Source: Paragordius varius | Taxonomy: Eukaryota > Animalia > Nematomorpha | DNA: 64,000 nucleotides | Reading direction: 5' to 3' | Assembly: GCA_964247055.1 (NCBI GenBank) | Contig: OZ176060.1 | Coordinates: 1,736,001-1,800,000, forward strand | Part shown: positions 38,986-52,199 of the stretch, in pieces | Numbering within the stretch: position 1 is the stretch's first letter | Layout: the number at the start of each line of letters is the position of its first letter | Program-made: the position numbers and the translations under genes | The notes under the pieces: generated by a model | The model's input: the letters and a program-made list of their open reading frames with translations, nothing else | What the model was told of the DNA's origin: nothing | Databases searched by the model: none

Positions 38986-40591
38986 CAAAAGTCATCTATA
39001 AATATCCCGATCTGGTATAAAACATTTATATATTATTTTTATCTAAGCTGGTAAAATTTTTAAATACAGCAAACGGAAAACGCAATTTATTCCGTTTCAT
39101 GCTTTTTTTAAATTATTTATAATTATACGGTTAATTTCTTTTTTATGAAATATCAAAATGTTAAGAATTATGTTTATTTTGTCGGGCTTAAACCAGAATG
39201 GTAAGTTTAGCCAGATCGAATAGTTCAACTTTTTAGCTTAATAATCGAGCAAGTTGTTTTGAATAAATGCAAATATTGACATTTTCTATAAAAAAACGTA
39301 TCACGCACAAGTTTAATGTAATGATTTTGCCAAAATATATAAAATTAGGGTTCGGTTGTAAAAATTTAAGGTTTTTTTTCGTACAAAATAAAAAATCAGG
39401 CTAAACAATTATCATTTTGGGATTATAAATCAGCTGAATTAACTTTGGAATACTACAAGTAGTCCAACCTAAAAATTATACAAAAATATAAACTCTTTGA
39501 AAGATTATATAATTAAAAGAAAGTTTTGGTTCTCAATTTTCCGAATTTTAATAAAAACAATCAATTAAAGTATTTAATATATTTTGTAACACCTGCGATT
39601 TAAGATACAGTTAGGAGAGCTAGTATTGATCATTTTCATATTTTTAAAACTAGACTTTTTTGGGGTAGTTATCTACATTGTGATTTAATAGTGAAGGCCA
39701 AAATAAAAATATGCTTTCTTTAGCCTTGTAGGCACATAATACATTTTTTTCAAAAATAAAATGTAAAAATATTTATCTAAAACCTTTCGCCACTTTTTTT
39801 TCTTTTATTTTTCTAAATGCTAATACAAGGGAAATAAATGCATATTATCCCAGAAGATACTAAAAATATTTAACGGGAATCATAAGTATCAAAAGCTACA
39901 ATATAAATCGATTTGATATTGACAGTAAAGTTTGATGAAATATTGAAATATTCTGATAGAAAAAAATCATAGTTTCTACAGTGCTTTTAAATTCCGCCCT
40001 CACGAGTTATTTAAGAAGTTATATTCACTTTAATGGATCACACAGATGCTATTTTAATTTATTTTTTTTATATAAAAGACAATTAAATTCATTTCATAAT
40101 AAACAGATCTTAGATTATTCCATTTACAAAAAGATTAATTAAATTTTAATTTTTAGATGTGAGATTCAGTCCCACATTCTACCGCTAAAATAGGCCATAA
40201 CAAAAATCATCTAAAAGTAACCCGATCAGGTATAAAACATTTATATTATATCAATTTTATCTAAGGTGGTAAAATTTTAATAACATCAAACAGAAAACAA
40301 ATTATTCCGTTTCATGCTTTTTTATATCATTTATAATAATCATACGGTTAATTTCTTTTTTATATAATATAAAAAAATGTTTTATTCAAATTTTGTTATA
40401 TATTATAATTTGGCAATCGGTCTTAAACCAGAAGTGTAAGTTTAGCCAGATAGTATTAGTGTAATTTATTTTACTGTAGTAACTGTCGAGCAAGTTGTTT
40501 TGAATTAATGCAAATATTGACACTTTTTACAAAACTATGGTATCACGCACGAGTTTTATGTTATGATTTTGCCAAAATATATAAAAATTAG
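38986..40591 (+). repeat. Diverged direct repeats (38986-39348 and 40201-40591)
   Basis: Colinear shared blocks: CCCGATC.GGTATAAAACATTTATAT, TTCCGTTTCATGCTTTTTT, CTTAAACCAGAA, CGAGCAAGTTGTTTTGAAT, ATGATTTTGCCAAAATATATAAAA. Confidence 0.85.
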
Positions 40592-40755
40592 CCTTTGGTC
40601 CAAAAAATTAAAAAATATTTATTTAGTACCCAGTAATATCGTTATACATTGCCAAATTTAAATAATATTTACTTAATCACTTTTAATACTATAGGCATTT
40701 TTAAACTCTATATAAGACACCCAAATATTATATCAAGGCTATTAATTTTTTTGAA

Positions 40756-43494
40756 ATGATACCACTATCAATTTTATTCCTATTTGGGTTCTACGGTGTA
40801 TTAGCTCAATCTCAACCAAAGCCAAAAGATATATGGGTTAGATTTGGTGACGAATATTATTATGAACTTCTTGATGTATACAAAGGGAGAGCTAACATAA
40901 CTGTCAATTTTGCGTACAGAACATTTTCCTACCGTAATGTCAATTATAGTCAATTTCTTGATAAAGAGATCGCACCTAAATTGAATTTAGTGGATGGCCC
41001 TTATTCAGTACTGAAAAATGGCGTGACAGTTAGCCATGGACAAATTTTTATTGAAGGTATATTCCTTATTAATAAGATACTCTTACATTGTGCAATTGCT
41101 GTTTTTTTGTATGATAACCAGAGGCTACTTGTATAGTTTAATAAATATTTCCTTAAATTGTGATTTGGAATTGCATATACTTTATGCTTTTGGTTATATA
41201 TCATTGAATAACAAAACAGTACATGTGATATTGTTACACGCTCTGTAAAGATTATTTTCTCAATTTAACCTTATCAAATGATATTTTTTCTCCTATATTA
41301 AATTGTAATTTTTCGATATATAGAACATACAGATATCATAGAGGTATCTCCGAATCAGATAAAAAAGTGTGAATTTGATATAGCTGAATTTTGGCAACCA
41401 CTAAAAAATTCAAAAACACCCCCTACCATTCAAATAACTACCAAATATGGAAAACGAGTGCCCTTCCAAGTGTCAAACAAAACGAAATTAATTTTTAATA
41501 TACCTGGTAAATGTGATTATGCTGGAAATTTGATCATTACCATTGATGGAAAAAAACTTGAAAACTATATTATAGTCTCCTACCCTTTGACGGAATACAG
41601 GAGCTACAATGGGCGATTTATATTTGAGGAAGATTGTTCTGATTTGTTTGATGACCCAAATTTAGCAAAAACGTGTCAATTAATTCTTTATAGTTTCAAT
41701 CGAATTTCTGAAGTATCTAACGGGTCAATCCGGGCTAATATAACAGCGGTCCCTGATGAGTCTTTAGTCCTCTTCGTGAATGGTTATGCTTATAGAACTT
41801 GGGAAACTAAATTTGTTGGTATTTCATCATTAATAATTAATATTTTTACATAAATATATATTAAGTGTCATGACTGTCTATCCTGGTAGGTGAGTATTAA
41901 AGCTTATAAAAGTCCTTATGCCATTGTTTTTATTTATCTCATATGCAAGGAAAATAACTCTAAACTATATATATATATATATATTTAATGTAGGAACGTG
42001 GGACAAAGCTGGAAACTTTAAATATACGCCTAAAAGTTTAAGTAATTTCTATTACTATTAATATTTTCATGAAAAATATATATTATAGAAATAATACATC
42101 ATCCTATTTGTTAATATGACATTGTGTAAAAAATCAGATATTCCGACCTTTCATTAATATATTATGCTTTTATCACACATGCTAAACTATAAATTTAAAC
42201 AGTACTTAAGATATTAATAATTAACATTAAATCGAAAATTCCTTGTCAAGTGAATTCCATATAGCGTATTCTTGCTTAAAAACTTAGAAGTGGTGTATTA
42301 CCGTATAACAAACGCTCCTTAAATTTTACAAACACGTTAAATTTGTTGAATATTAGCAACAAGCGTGCGGAAATACTATCAATGTGAAAATACAGTTAGT
42401 TTTTCAACACTTGGATGGAATGTGAAAGATGTAGAGCTTCTCGGCCCTTCTTATGAATATCTGAACAAATTTAAGACATCCATGGACAAAAATAAATTGA
42501 TACTAAGTGTTCCGGGAACACAAATATCCAAATACGACAAAATATATCTAAAAAAATCGGATTCTCTTCATGAAATCAAATTGGTAGCTCAGGAGTGCAA
42601 AACTATTTCCAAAAGTATTATTTTTATTAAAATATATATAAAATTATAAATGATATCAGAATTGACTTTAACCTTTATTATAAATGGCAATATTATTAAT
42701 TAAAATTTATTTTTATTTAATTCATATAGGGTATTTATTAATTAATCTAGAAGAATATATAATTGACTATGAGTAGAAAAGAACGATACTCAATTGCTTT
42801 TCTAATGTAACTATTATATTTAAATTCTTAGTTTTTTAGATAGTTGTCGGATAACACACAATTTTCCTGGGTTAAACTTTATAGAGAATCTCACTTAATA
42901 GCTTATATATATATATATATATATATATACGATTTTTCATAAAATTTAATATAATGTCAATTTTTTTAAATTTACCCAAATAAAATAGCATTTAAATAAT
43001 TCTTTGGAACATGCATTTTAAAGCTAGATTGAGAAAATGTAGTTTGGTGGACATTAGTTAATATTTGCCGTAATATTAATATACAGAATGAGTCAAAACA
43101 CATAGCCCTTTAAATATTCTCACACACATAAAAGATTCTTAGTTTATTTTAGTTACTGATGACTAGAATTACTACAATTTGATTTTTTGCATAAAATTGA
43201 CCGTAATATATGTTATAAGCCAACCTCAATGCTTTTTTTATTAATGTTTAATATTTTTCTTTTATCGCTATATTAGATATTAGATGGAGTAATAAGGCAA
43301 CGACCTGGGATCAAATCAAGTCACACCTCTTACCAAACCAATATTCCACAGGAATAACTGTCTATGCCAAGAATCAGTCTCCGTACTCAATCGAATGCAG
43401 AGCGAATTCCTGTAGAAAATTGCTTCTTTCGGTTGGCGATCAACTCGCTATTGTTAATAATCAATTAAAACTATTAATAACACAAAACATCTAA
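40756..43494 (+). CDS. Hypothetical secreted glycoprotein (at least 423 aa), no recognised family
   Basis: Signal peptide MIPLSILFLFGFYGVLA|QSQ. Exons 40756-41056, 41324-41818, 42357-42614 and 43277-43494 join in phase 1 without stops. Optional small exons 42660-42686, 42730-42772 and 42844-42870 (then acceptor 43284) also keep frame. Several N-x-S/T sequons. Confidence 0.75.
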
Positions 43495-45069
43495 ATCAAT
43501 TTCATTTTCCAATGATTTACTAAAGTTAGTTATTTCCCACAAATATTAAATAAGTATTCAAAACAATATTTTAATAAACATTTTGGAAGACTTTGAATAG
43601 GTAAAACAAAAGTGAGACCTCATAATCTAAACGCTAGGATCTCGATATTTATAATTAATTTGTCTCTGCCCGCAATGTTCTAGCGTACTTAGGCAGTAAT
43701 TCGCTGCCAGCAATAAAAAATATGCTAATATATTTTTCACATTATAGTGTATAGAATTTTATGAGTTTTAAGTGGCCCGTCGCTTTTAAAACATTTTAAG
43801 GTAGACAGTTTATATCTAAGCCGTTGTAAATTGGGCGCACTGAGGAGAGATGACCAGGGTTCTGCCCTATGAAAAGCTCTTTTACATTTAAATGATTTTT
43901 AATATTAAAGAAGAGACATCATTGAAGTCATTTATATTATATAGCAAGGGGTCCGACCTAAATGGCTTCGTGCATTTTTGACTCAAAACATTCGACTAGT
44001 GGCATTCGCTAAAAATACAAACCGTCCACAAAACCGATATAATATATATATCTATATATATTCTGATAGGAAATGTATCATCAGAATCATCATGATACTT
44101 TTGGTTTTAGCCTTTACGGATTAAAAGTACAATTTTGTAATAAGTAATACTCCATATCAGTAAATGATAAAATTTGCCCACATTTTTTTGCATGAAATTT
44201 TTGTTGATAGCTAAATGCATCTTTCCAAACAATACTAAAATTATCGTATACATATATAAAAAGCAAAACAATATTTTCCAATGGGCTTTCAAAGTCCCAA
44301 GTTTTCGCTCTTTTAAAATGGGCTAGTTCTTTTAAAATAAACAGAATTTCGGGTAGCAAGACAAAGTTTAAATGTATGATTAATTTTGATAGCACCTAAA
44401 AATTTTTTTGAAAAAGCATTCTTTTTTCAAAATTGATTTTTTGCAAAATTTTGTTAAAGCGCTCATACTATTTTGAGGCAAATGGAAACGGTATGAATTC
44501 GAATATGCTGAACACTTCTATCAACTGGGATGGATTAACAATTTTTTACCTTTATGCTTTTTTGCCCTAGGTATACATTTTAATGTAGTTTTATATCCCA
44601 GCTTAATTTTGCGAATAAACTAAGTTAAAGTTATTTTAGTTAAAATAATTAACAAACATTCCTCTTATGTGATGAAAAAAACTTATATCTTTTATTTGAC
44701 TTTAGAGTCTGAAATAACAACTCCAAAACACCATTGAAACAAACAGCTGAAATTAATATAATATATTAAATTTTTTCCAGTAAAATATGATTTGAAAGCT
44801 TTTTAAATTATATACAATTTTACCATAGCAATCATTTGCCTGATTAGCGATTTAAAATTAATATAAAAAATGGCGCCAAAAATGTTTGAGATAAAGATTT
44901 TTTACAAATTGCATTTTTAAAAAATTTTTTGTACAACGCGCCCAAAAGACTAGAACATATAAGTCAATTCAGCTTAATACGTTATTTTAAGTAGTAGAGG
45001 CCACACTAAAAAAGCTCAGCCCCCAAACAAAAATATAAATGGTCGTTTGAAAACAGTGTTAAACATTTT

Positions 45070-48000
45070 TCTGCCACCAAAAACAATGCCTTCAGGGTCT
45101 GATTAATGATCGTGAAAATTTAGATAAAAAATTCATTTCTACAAGCAAAGCGTTAGGCGCAAAAATACTGCGTCGTTTAAAAAATACCCAGGCTATCGAT
45201 TTTGCCAACAATATAGAGAAAAAAACCAAGTCACAAAAAGTCTACAAATGGGCAAAGAGTTTACCTGAGTGCAATGAACAAAAGTATGCAGAAGTACACG
45301 CATATTCAATGCGATCAGCTTTAATCCGCAACTCGTTAATGAAAGCTTTCATGACTATTTTAAAGAGTCGCTAAACCATTTTATTAAAGTAGTTAACGAC
45401 ACTAACTCACTATCTTTCCAGGGTTGTGCAGAGTTTATAGCCCTAAACGACATAGTAAAACCTCTATCCAAACTAAAAAACAAAAGAACACCCGGCTTAT
45501 GCGAACGTATCTGTCGACTTAATTAAATGCATTGACCCGGCCATAATAAGTCCTAATCTCTCCTATATGTTTGATAATATACTTAAAACAGACAAGATCC
45601 CTGATGATGGAAAGATAGTTATATAATTCCAATTTACAAAGGGAAAGGCGATCCATGTCAACGCATACAGGTCTATCAAAATTCTAAAACATTCATTGAA
45701 AATATAGGAATATGATTTTGTTCGACAAACTTAAAAATAAACTACACACAAACGATATGCCAATAGGTTTATCAATAATATAATTCAATAGATGCTATAT
45801 TTATATTGAACAGTTACAATCGGCACATTCCATAAATTCCACTTCATTAGCCTTTGTCGGCCTAGAGAAGGCTTTTGATATTACAGAACACTAATACCAT
45901 GGGCTTTAAGGAGTTATGGGTGCGAAGAATGGATCAAACAGGCAATAATGAATCTCTATTCCAATAGTTAAACCAAGATAAAAACTTCCTATGGCTTTAC
46001 TCAAAAATTCCAAATCGATTCCGGCTTGCATCAAGGCTCCGTTACGAGCCCTATACTTTTTAATGTAATTCTAGATGAAATTAGAGGCGTCATTAGACAG
46101 GGTTACCGTGACAGATCTTGTCGCCGACAATTCGTTATTTACTTCCACATCCCAAGTAGACCTTGTACACTATTTGGAAATTCGGAAATCTACCTGAAGT
46201 TGGTCTTGAAGTAAATCTTACCAAACCTAAATTATGACAGACACTATTGATAAAAAACATAGCAAAGATATCAAATTTAACTCCTTAATGTGCACACGTT
46301 GCAGTTTGATGGAAAGTGTTTTTGTCCAACCCTTGGACATTCTACACTTCCTATGTAAACCATGGAATGAGATAACATCGATTCAAAGTACAAAACCATT
46401 TATTTGCAACCCACATCAATTAAAACAGTAGATTTCTTTATATACCCCGGAGACGTTATTACCACTAAAGGAGATATAGTTAATGCAATAAAACACCGAT
46501 CCAACCAAGATTGGAGAAAATACCATTAAATCAAGCATAACAACAAATTAATAAACATTACAAAGCAAAAATGTACACTACAGCGATACGGCCAGCCCTT
46601 ACATACGGCGCAGAAACATTCCCTCCCGTTGACTAAAACTAATAAAAATAAAATTTTAGGAACAGATATTGAATCCTCAAGACAATACTTTTCCATTAAA
46701 CTCATCCAAAAGTTTCAATAATAATTTTGACGCTGTGACTCGAGAAACCGTAAAACAAGAATATTTATTGAGATAAAATACAAAAACTAAACTAAATAAA
46801 ATTGTCATCAAAAATGTATTCAAATCTAATATATAAATTTGTTAGTCTAAGATTAACTAACTGATGTATTTAAATCTATCATATCTCCTTATCCGAATCC
46901 CAGCCAATCTGGTGCTTTTCTTTTCCTAGGAGGATATCTTCTTTAAAGTTCTTTCTCAGTTGTTTTTCCGTTTTCATTTCAACCTGGGTGTCTTTCTCGT
47001 TTTCTTTTTCTTTGCTTTGTTCCTCCCCCACCTCCCGATTATTGGTTGTAAATCCGTTTAACCCAAAATAAAGGGGTATTTATATTTCTTTTCAGAAATA
47101 AGTTATACGGGTGTGGCGCTATGTACGTCGGAGCGATATCCCCATAACACTTAAATAATTTTTTGTCAGGAGTCAGCTTAGAATTCGTTGGTGATTTATA
47201 GTGTTCTTTTAAGGTGTAAATGACCCGTTCCACCAGCCCATTTGTTCGTGGATGATAGGGGGCACTAGTGACATGTTTAATGTTTGCTCGTTGCAAGATA
47301 TCTAAATCCTTGATGCAAAATATGATGCATTATCGGTAACTATCATCCGTGGAAATCTGTACCTTACACACCAATATTCTAACCAATGTAATATGTTTGC
47401 AGAATTAACAGTTCTTAGCAATTCGACATCAACCCATCTGGAGCTACTATCGATAGCTACTAACCAATAAAACACATCAATAGGACCGGCAATATCCAAA
47501 TGTATCCGTTCCCAGATACCCGTATTAAAATTCCATTCGTACGTGGCTTTTTATGTTACCCCGGTTTAACTAACACCCCATACAAGATCTGACATAATTT
47601 TTAATGTCTTGGTTTATACCTGGCCAATAAACTCTTTTTAGATCTAAGGTCGTAAAAACTTTTCCCTGCCGATTGTAAACACTATGATCAAACGTTGGAA
47701 TCAATTGATCGACAGGAACCAGACTTGGGTTAACAGTAACTCTAAAATCACCACATATGCGAATATCATTATCATTCTTCTTAACTATCATTAACGGAGT
47801 TACCCAGTCAATTCGTATTTGGGTTTATGGCCTCAATGATACCCAGACTTTCAAGCCTCTTTAATTCACTCTCCACCTTATACTGAAGCGGGATAGGTAC
47901 CCTCCTAGCTGCAAATCTTTTGGGGATACTATTTTTTTGAGAAACAACTTGATGAGTGGTCCCGTGTAACACCCAATACCCTCACAAAACAAATCCTTAA

Positions 48001-49540
48001 ATATGTAATCCACATAACTAACATTCTTTACACAGACATCATCTGGAAATCTACATAAGCTTTTCATCCACGGTAACCCAAAAACTCCAATCCTCCCTGG
48101 TAACCATACATTCCAACTGTTTGACCATACCATTCCAGTTAACATCTAGCAAGCATTGTCCCATCACCTCTACACCTTGATGGTTAAACCCAGCTATTAG
48201 ACCCGCGGGTGCTAAGGTCGGCCTTCCAATCTCCATCCACGTGCTTTTCCCAATCAATGATATTTGAGCTCCGGTATCGTATAACATCCTCACCCAATGG
48301 CCATTCAGACTTGCTTGCGTCCGGGCTTCATTTTATTATTGTTACCATTCACTATATTAACTCGCCATCAACACCTAATGACCTCGTCCTTTGCATCGGT
48401 AACACTCTTTGTTTGGAGCGAACAGTTGATCGCATGCAATCCACATTTTCCACACTTCTTCTTTATTATCATCACCTGCTATGGCAGAACCCTGTTTAAT
48501 CAAAAAACTATCCGCCTTTTTGTACGCCATTGCCATTTCTACCACCATCTCCAACGTAACAGGTTTCCCATCAAACATTGCATCTGGAAGTTTCGTGAAC
48601 AGATCTATTTCCAATCTTTTGAGTTGTAATCCTCCAACAAACCCATCTCTGATTCTTAGCATTGCATCTTGCCCAAAGTTGCACCGGGCAGCACATTCCT
48701 TTACCCGAAAATAATCCATCACTGATTCCGTGGCTTCTCTCCGGAGTTGCGTAAACTGGAATCTGGCTGCAAACACATGTATGTCGGAGAAAATATATTT
48801 TTTCCAGCCGCTACCAAAGCATCCCAGCCCACTTCTTGTACGCGATAAAAGAATTTCTTCGACTTTAAATATGGGATAGACCGATGTAGGCCAATAACAA
48901 GTTTTTTTTTGTTTTGTCATCTCCTTGAATAAATTTCACTTTTAACATTCTATTTATATAAACGATATATTCATCAAAGATAGTTGCCGAATCATATGCT
49001 TCCAGACTAAATATTTCCATGCGCGAATGTAATGATATAAAACGACCGCGCCAAATGTGGTGACTCGAGAAACCGTAAAACAAAAATATTTATTGAGAAA
49101 TACAAAAATTAAACTATATAAAATTAGCGGGGATGTTAAACCAAGGTAAATAACGTGTGCAGGTTATATACAAAATTGATACAATAGTTTAATTCAAATA
49201 TAAAAGGTCATCAAAAAGTATGCAAATCCTATATATAAATTTGTCTAGTCTAAAATTAGCTAACCGGTGTATTCAAATCTGTCAGACGCCCACGCAATCT
49301 TTCAAAACCCAATTGATCATATAATTCAAGCCCAAAGACTAAGCATGTTAGGACACATTAAGCGAAGAAATGATAATATTTTGAGAAAGATGCAACATTA
49401 ATAATTAGATTCAAAAATTTACCAGATCCTTTTAAAGTATAGCACAAAATCACAGAAGATGCTGAGGAACGAAAAATGTTAAAGACGCCTACAACCGCAA
49501 AACATGGAAGAAATAAATACATCAGGCACTCTCTATTGAG
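45070..49540 (+). mobile_element. Decayed RTE-like LINE interrupted by the LTR element
   Basis: RT remnants KLKNKRTPG, IPIYKGKGD, AFVGLEKAFD, GLHQGSVTSPILFN and LTYGAET at 45470-46620; RLSMLGHIKRR-like C-terminal piece resumes after 49290. Confidence 0.7.
46734..49284 (-). mobile_element. Ty3/Gypsy LTR retrotransposon (Mag/K02A2.6-like), internally deleted, 2551 bp
   Basis: LTRs 46734-46881 and 49056-49284 with TG...CA ends; 5-bp TSD gacgc on both sides; PBS TGGCGCGGTCG (49043-49053, tRNA-Ser-like by inference); purine tract before the 3' LTR. Gag CCHC, protease (LYDTGAQISLIG), RT start (IRICGDFR..TLDLK) and integrase (YWPG..C..C; DIAGP; IVTDNASYF; TSAPYHPRTNGLVER). Confidence 0.92.
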
Positions 49541-49756
49541 TAGTCTGATTTTCATTTTGTTTGGTGACTTTTCATTCAATGTTTTCATACAACATTTTGT
49601 ATAATAGAACTTTAAATTACAATTGTAAATTACAACATAATATCCAAATGTTTAAGTACGTAGGTCTTTATAAGTCTATTTGAATTAATCATCGCATCTA
49701 TAAAGGATATTTTTGACTTTAAAAATTTATTGTACCAACCAATTCAGTCGTGAGAC

Positions 49757-51468
49757 CAGAGGCTTAACTTGCATTTCTGGCGCCGGGTGGATGAATCTGT
49801 GACGGCGCCATCTCACCCTCATGCAACCCCTTGCTTTTTTTAAATAATTAAATTCAAATGAGCGGCACGAATGTGGCCCGTCCTAAACAGAAGCACAGGA
49901 AAAAACATGCACATACAACTCTTTGAAAACGACGGCTTGCTTCGCAAATTTATCAGAAATTAAAAAATAATGATATAAGTTTCTGTGCCAAAAGTTCGTT
50001 TTAAATGTAAATGTTGTATACAAGCAGTATTCAAAGTGCATTCGAATGCGAGACCGACTATAATTTTTTTTAAAAAAGGCTTACGTTCGGAGAATGGCAA
50101 CCCTTGGTATTAAAAACATCATAAAATTTTCAAAAATTTAATATTGGTTTCCATGAAGACTCCCCAGATACATATTATATTTATAATCCACATTTATTTC
50201 CCTAGCATTTAATAAGGTCCTCTATTGTATGGCTACTGTCGAAAAATATTGAGGCGCCGTAGTTAGGCACATGTTTTGTTGTCAAATATTCGAAAAATGC
50301 TGTCCCGCCGTTTTTTGGCAGTAAAGTGGAATTGGTATTATGATTATTAGTATTATGCAAATATGATTGTAACCTTTCTCTTATTTTTTGCGCGGTATGA
50401 TTAGCTTTCATTTTTTGTTTTTTATCTTAAGCGCTAAATAGGCATTCCTGATAATATAATTTAATTTAAATAATTATTTTTCGCAGAACTATTTACCTAT
50501 CCTACCCGTCGAGAGTATAATAGATATCGAACCATTGGAATAGAATTAAAAAATATCAAATCTTTAGATAGTATATTAAAATTCAAACAGGAATCGTTTT
50601 GGGCCTAGTTAGTTTTTTTTTCTAATTTCGGTTCCTGTTCTATTTTTTTAATTGATTTTAATTCCAAAACGGTTCCACTAGATTTTGATCTAAAATCTTA
50701 TTTTTTCTTTTTTTTGAGGTAACAGTTAAAAAATTATACGTTAAAATAGCCATAAAAACAAACTTAATTGTTAACCGGTAACGTAACTCGAATTCATTTA
50801 TTAATATCGATTTATAAAATATATTTGATGGCATGTGTAAAAATACTTTAAGCTGTGTGGTTCATTATTTATTTTAAAATAGTTGAAAATAGTTATATCA
50901 AAATAAATATATATTTATATGTCATACCCCTCTAATGGAAAATCGGATACTGAAAAAAATTTTAATTCAAGAATTAAAAAATCAAAGTTGCTATTGAGCA
51001 GCAAAATAATGAAGGGAAACAAAAAAGAAAAAAGCAAGATGATGTTCTTGATTTGGGAAATTTACTCTTTCTTATTATATCAATTTTGCATTTTATAATT
51101 TTAAAAGAACATCAATATTAGTAATGATCTTATACTTTCTGACACTTTGGTGATTTGAAGCAAATATTTGAAGGTGGGTTCCATGAATGATATAAACAGG
51201 AGGTCAAGAATAGTAGGCGCTTGAAAGTGGAGTTATAATAAATTTAGATATGAAACAGATAGATTTAAATCTTAATAAAAGGAGAATTTTGATAAGATTG
51301 AAGGCTTGGCAATCATAAATGGGTGATTTTTCATGTATTATCTAAAATAATAACTTTTAAATACCTATTTTATTGAAATAAAAGTCAAAAAATTTAAAAA
51401 CTCGCGCCCCTTTAACTATGGCGCCCGCTGCATCAGCCCTCCTTTCCACACCCCTAGCTTCGCCACTG
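49757..51468. mobile_element. hAT-type element with decayed interior
   Basis: Imperfect TIRs CAGAGGCTTAACT / AGCTTCGCCACTG; weak TSD cgtgagac/tgatagac; ends shared with the MITE at 10120-10333. Confidence 0.6.
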
Positions 51469-51559
51469 TGATAGACTAGATCTTGGATCTAAAAATATAA
51501 AATTTAACTTGGAAAAGTTTCTTTAAATCTTGTGAGCTGTATGAATCGCTAATGTAGGT

Positions 51560-51795
51560 ATATTATTTTTTAATTTATTTGATATATATCGCTTTCATTT
51601 TTTAATAAATTTTTAAGTACTCTATATATTTTACTGTTTATTCATTAATATTATTTTTCACTATCATTTTAATTGTATTTTTTGGGTTTATGAAGCCTGA
51701 AAGCCAGACCTAGCCAGTCGCTTCACGGGAGGTAGTGATGTTGTAGAGTATGTTTTATTAATAATGTTGGTTCGTTATGAAAAGCTATATAATTT
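51560..51795 (+). mobile_element. 5' fragment of the RTE family
   Basis: GCCAGACC..GCCAGTCGCT.CACGG and AATGTTGGTTCGTTA match 35670-35770; cut off by a TA-CAGT MITE. Confidence 0.75.
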
Positions 51796-52035
51796 ACAGT
51801 AAAAATTGAAATACGGACAAAACGTAAAAATATAAAGACAAATATTTTTTTCATGTTGAGAGTATGTTTTAACATTAATGGTTCGTTATGCTATATGAAT
51901 TACAGTAAAAATTGAAATTATACTGACAAAATGAATAAATGTAAAGACAAATATTAGTTTCTTAAAGAAAATCATACTTTTTTATATTTTTTCTCATATA
52001 AGCTATTTAGTTACAATAAAATATAGATTTGATTG

Positions 52036-52073
<38 letters not shown>

Positions 52074-52199
52074 ATTTCTCACTTTGCCATATAAAACAAT
52101 GAGTTATATTGATATAATCTAGATTTAAAAATTATGTCTTTAAAACGATTATGTAATTTAAGGCTAAAATTATTATCGATGGTATTATAGTCGAGTGTT

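Noticed and set aside
41057-41323. 20-nt intron (gtatattccttattaataag) after exon 1 of the orphan secreted gene
   Set aside because: Splicing there runs into a stop within 12 codons, whereas the 267-nt intron gives a continuous frame.
49043-49053. tRNA-like sequence
   Set aside because: Only an 11-nt primer-binding site next to the LTR, not a tRNA gene.
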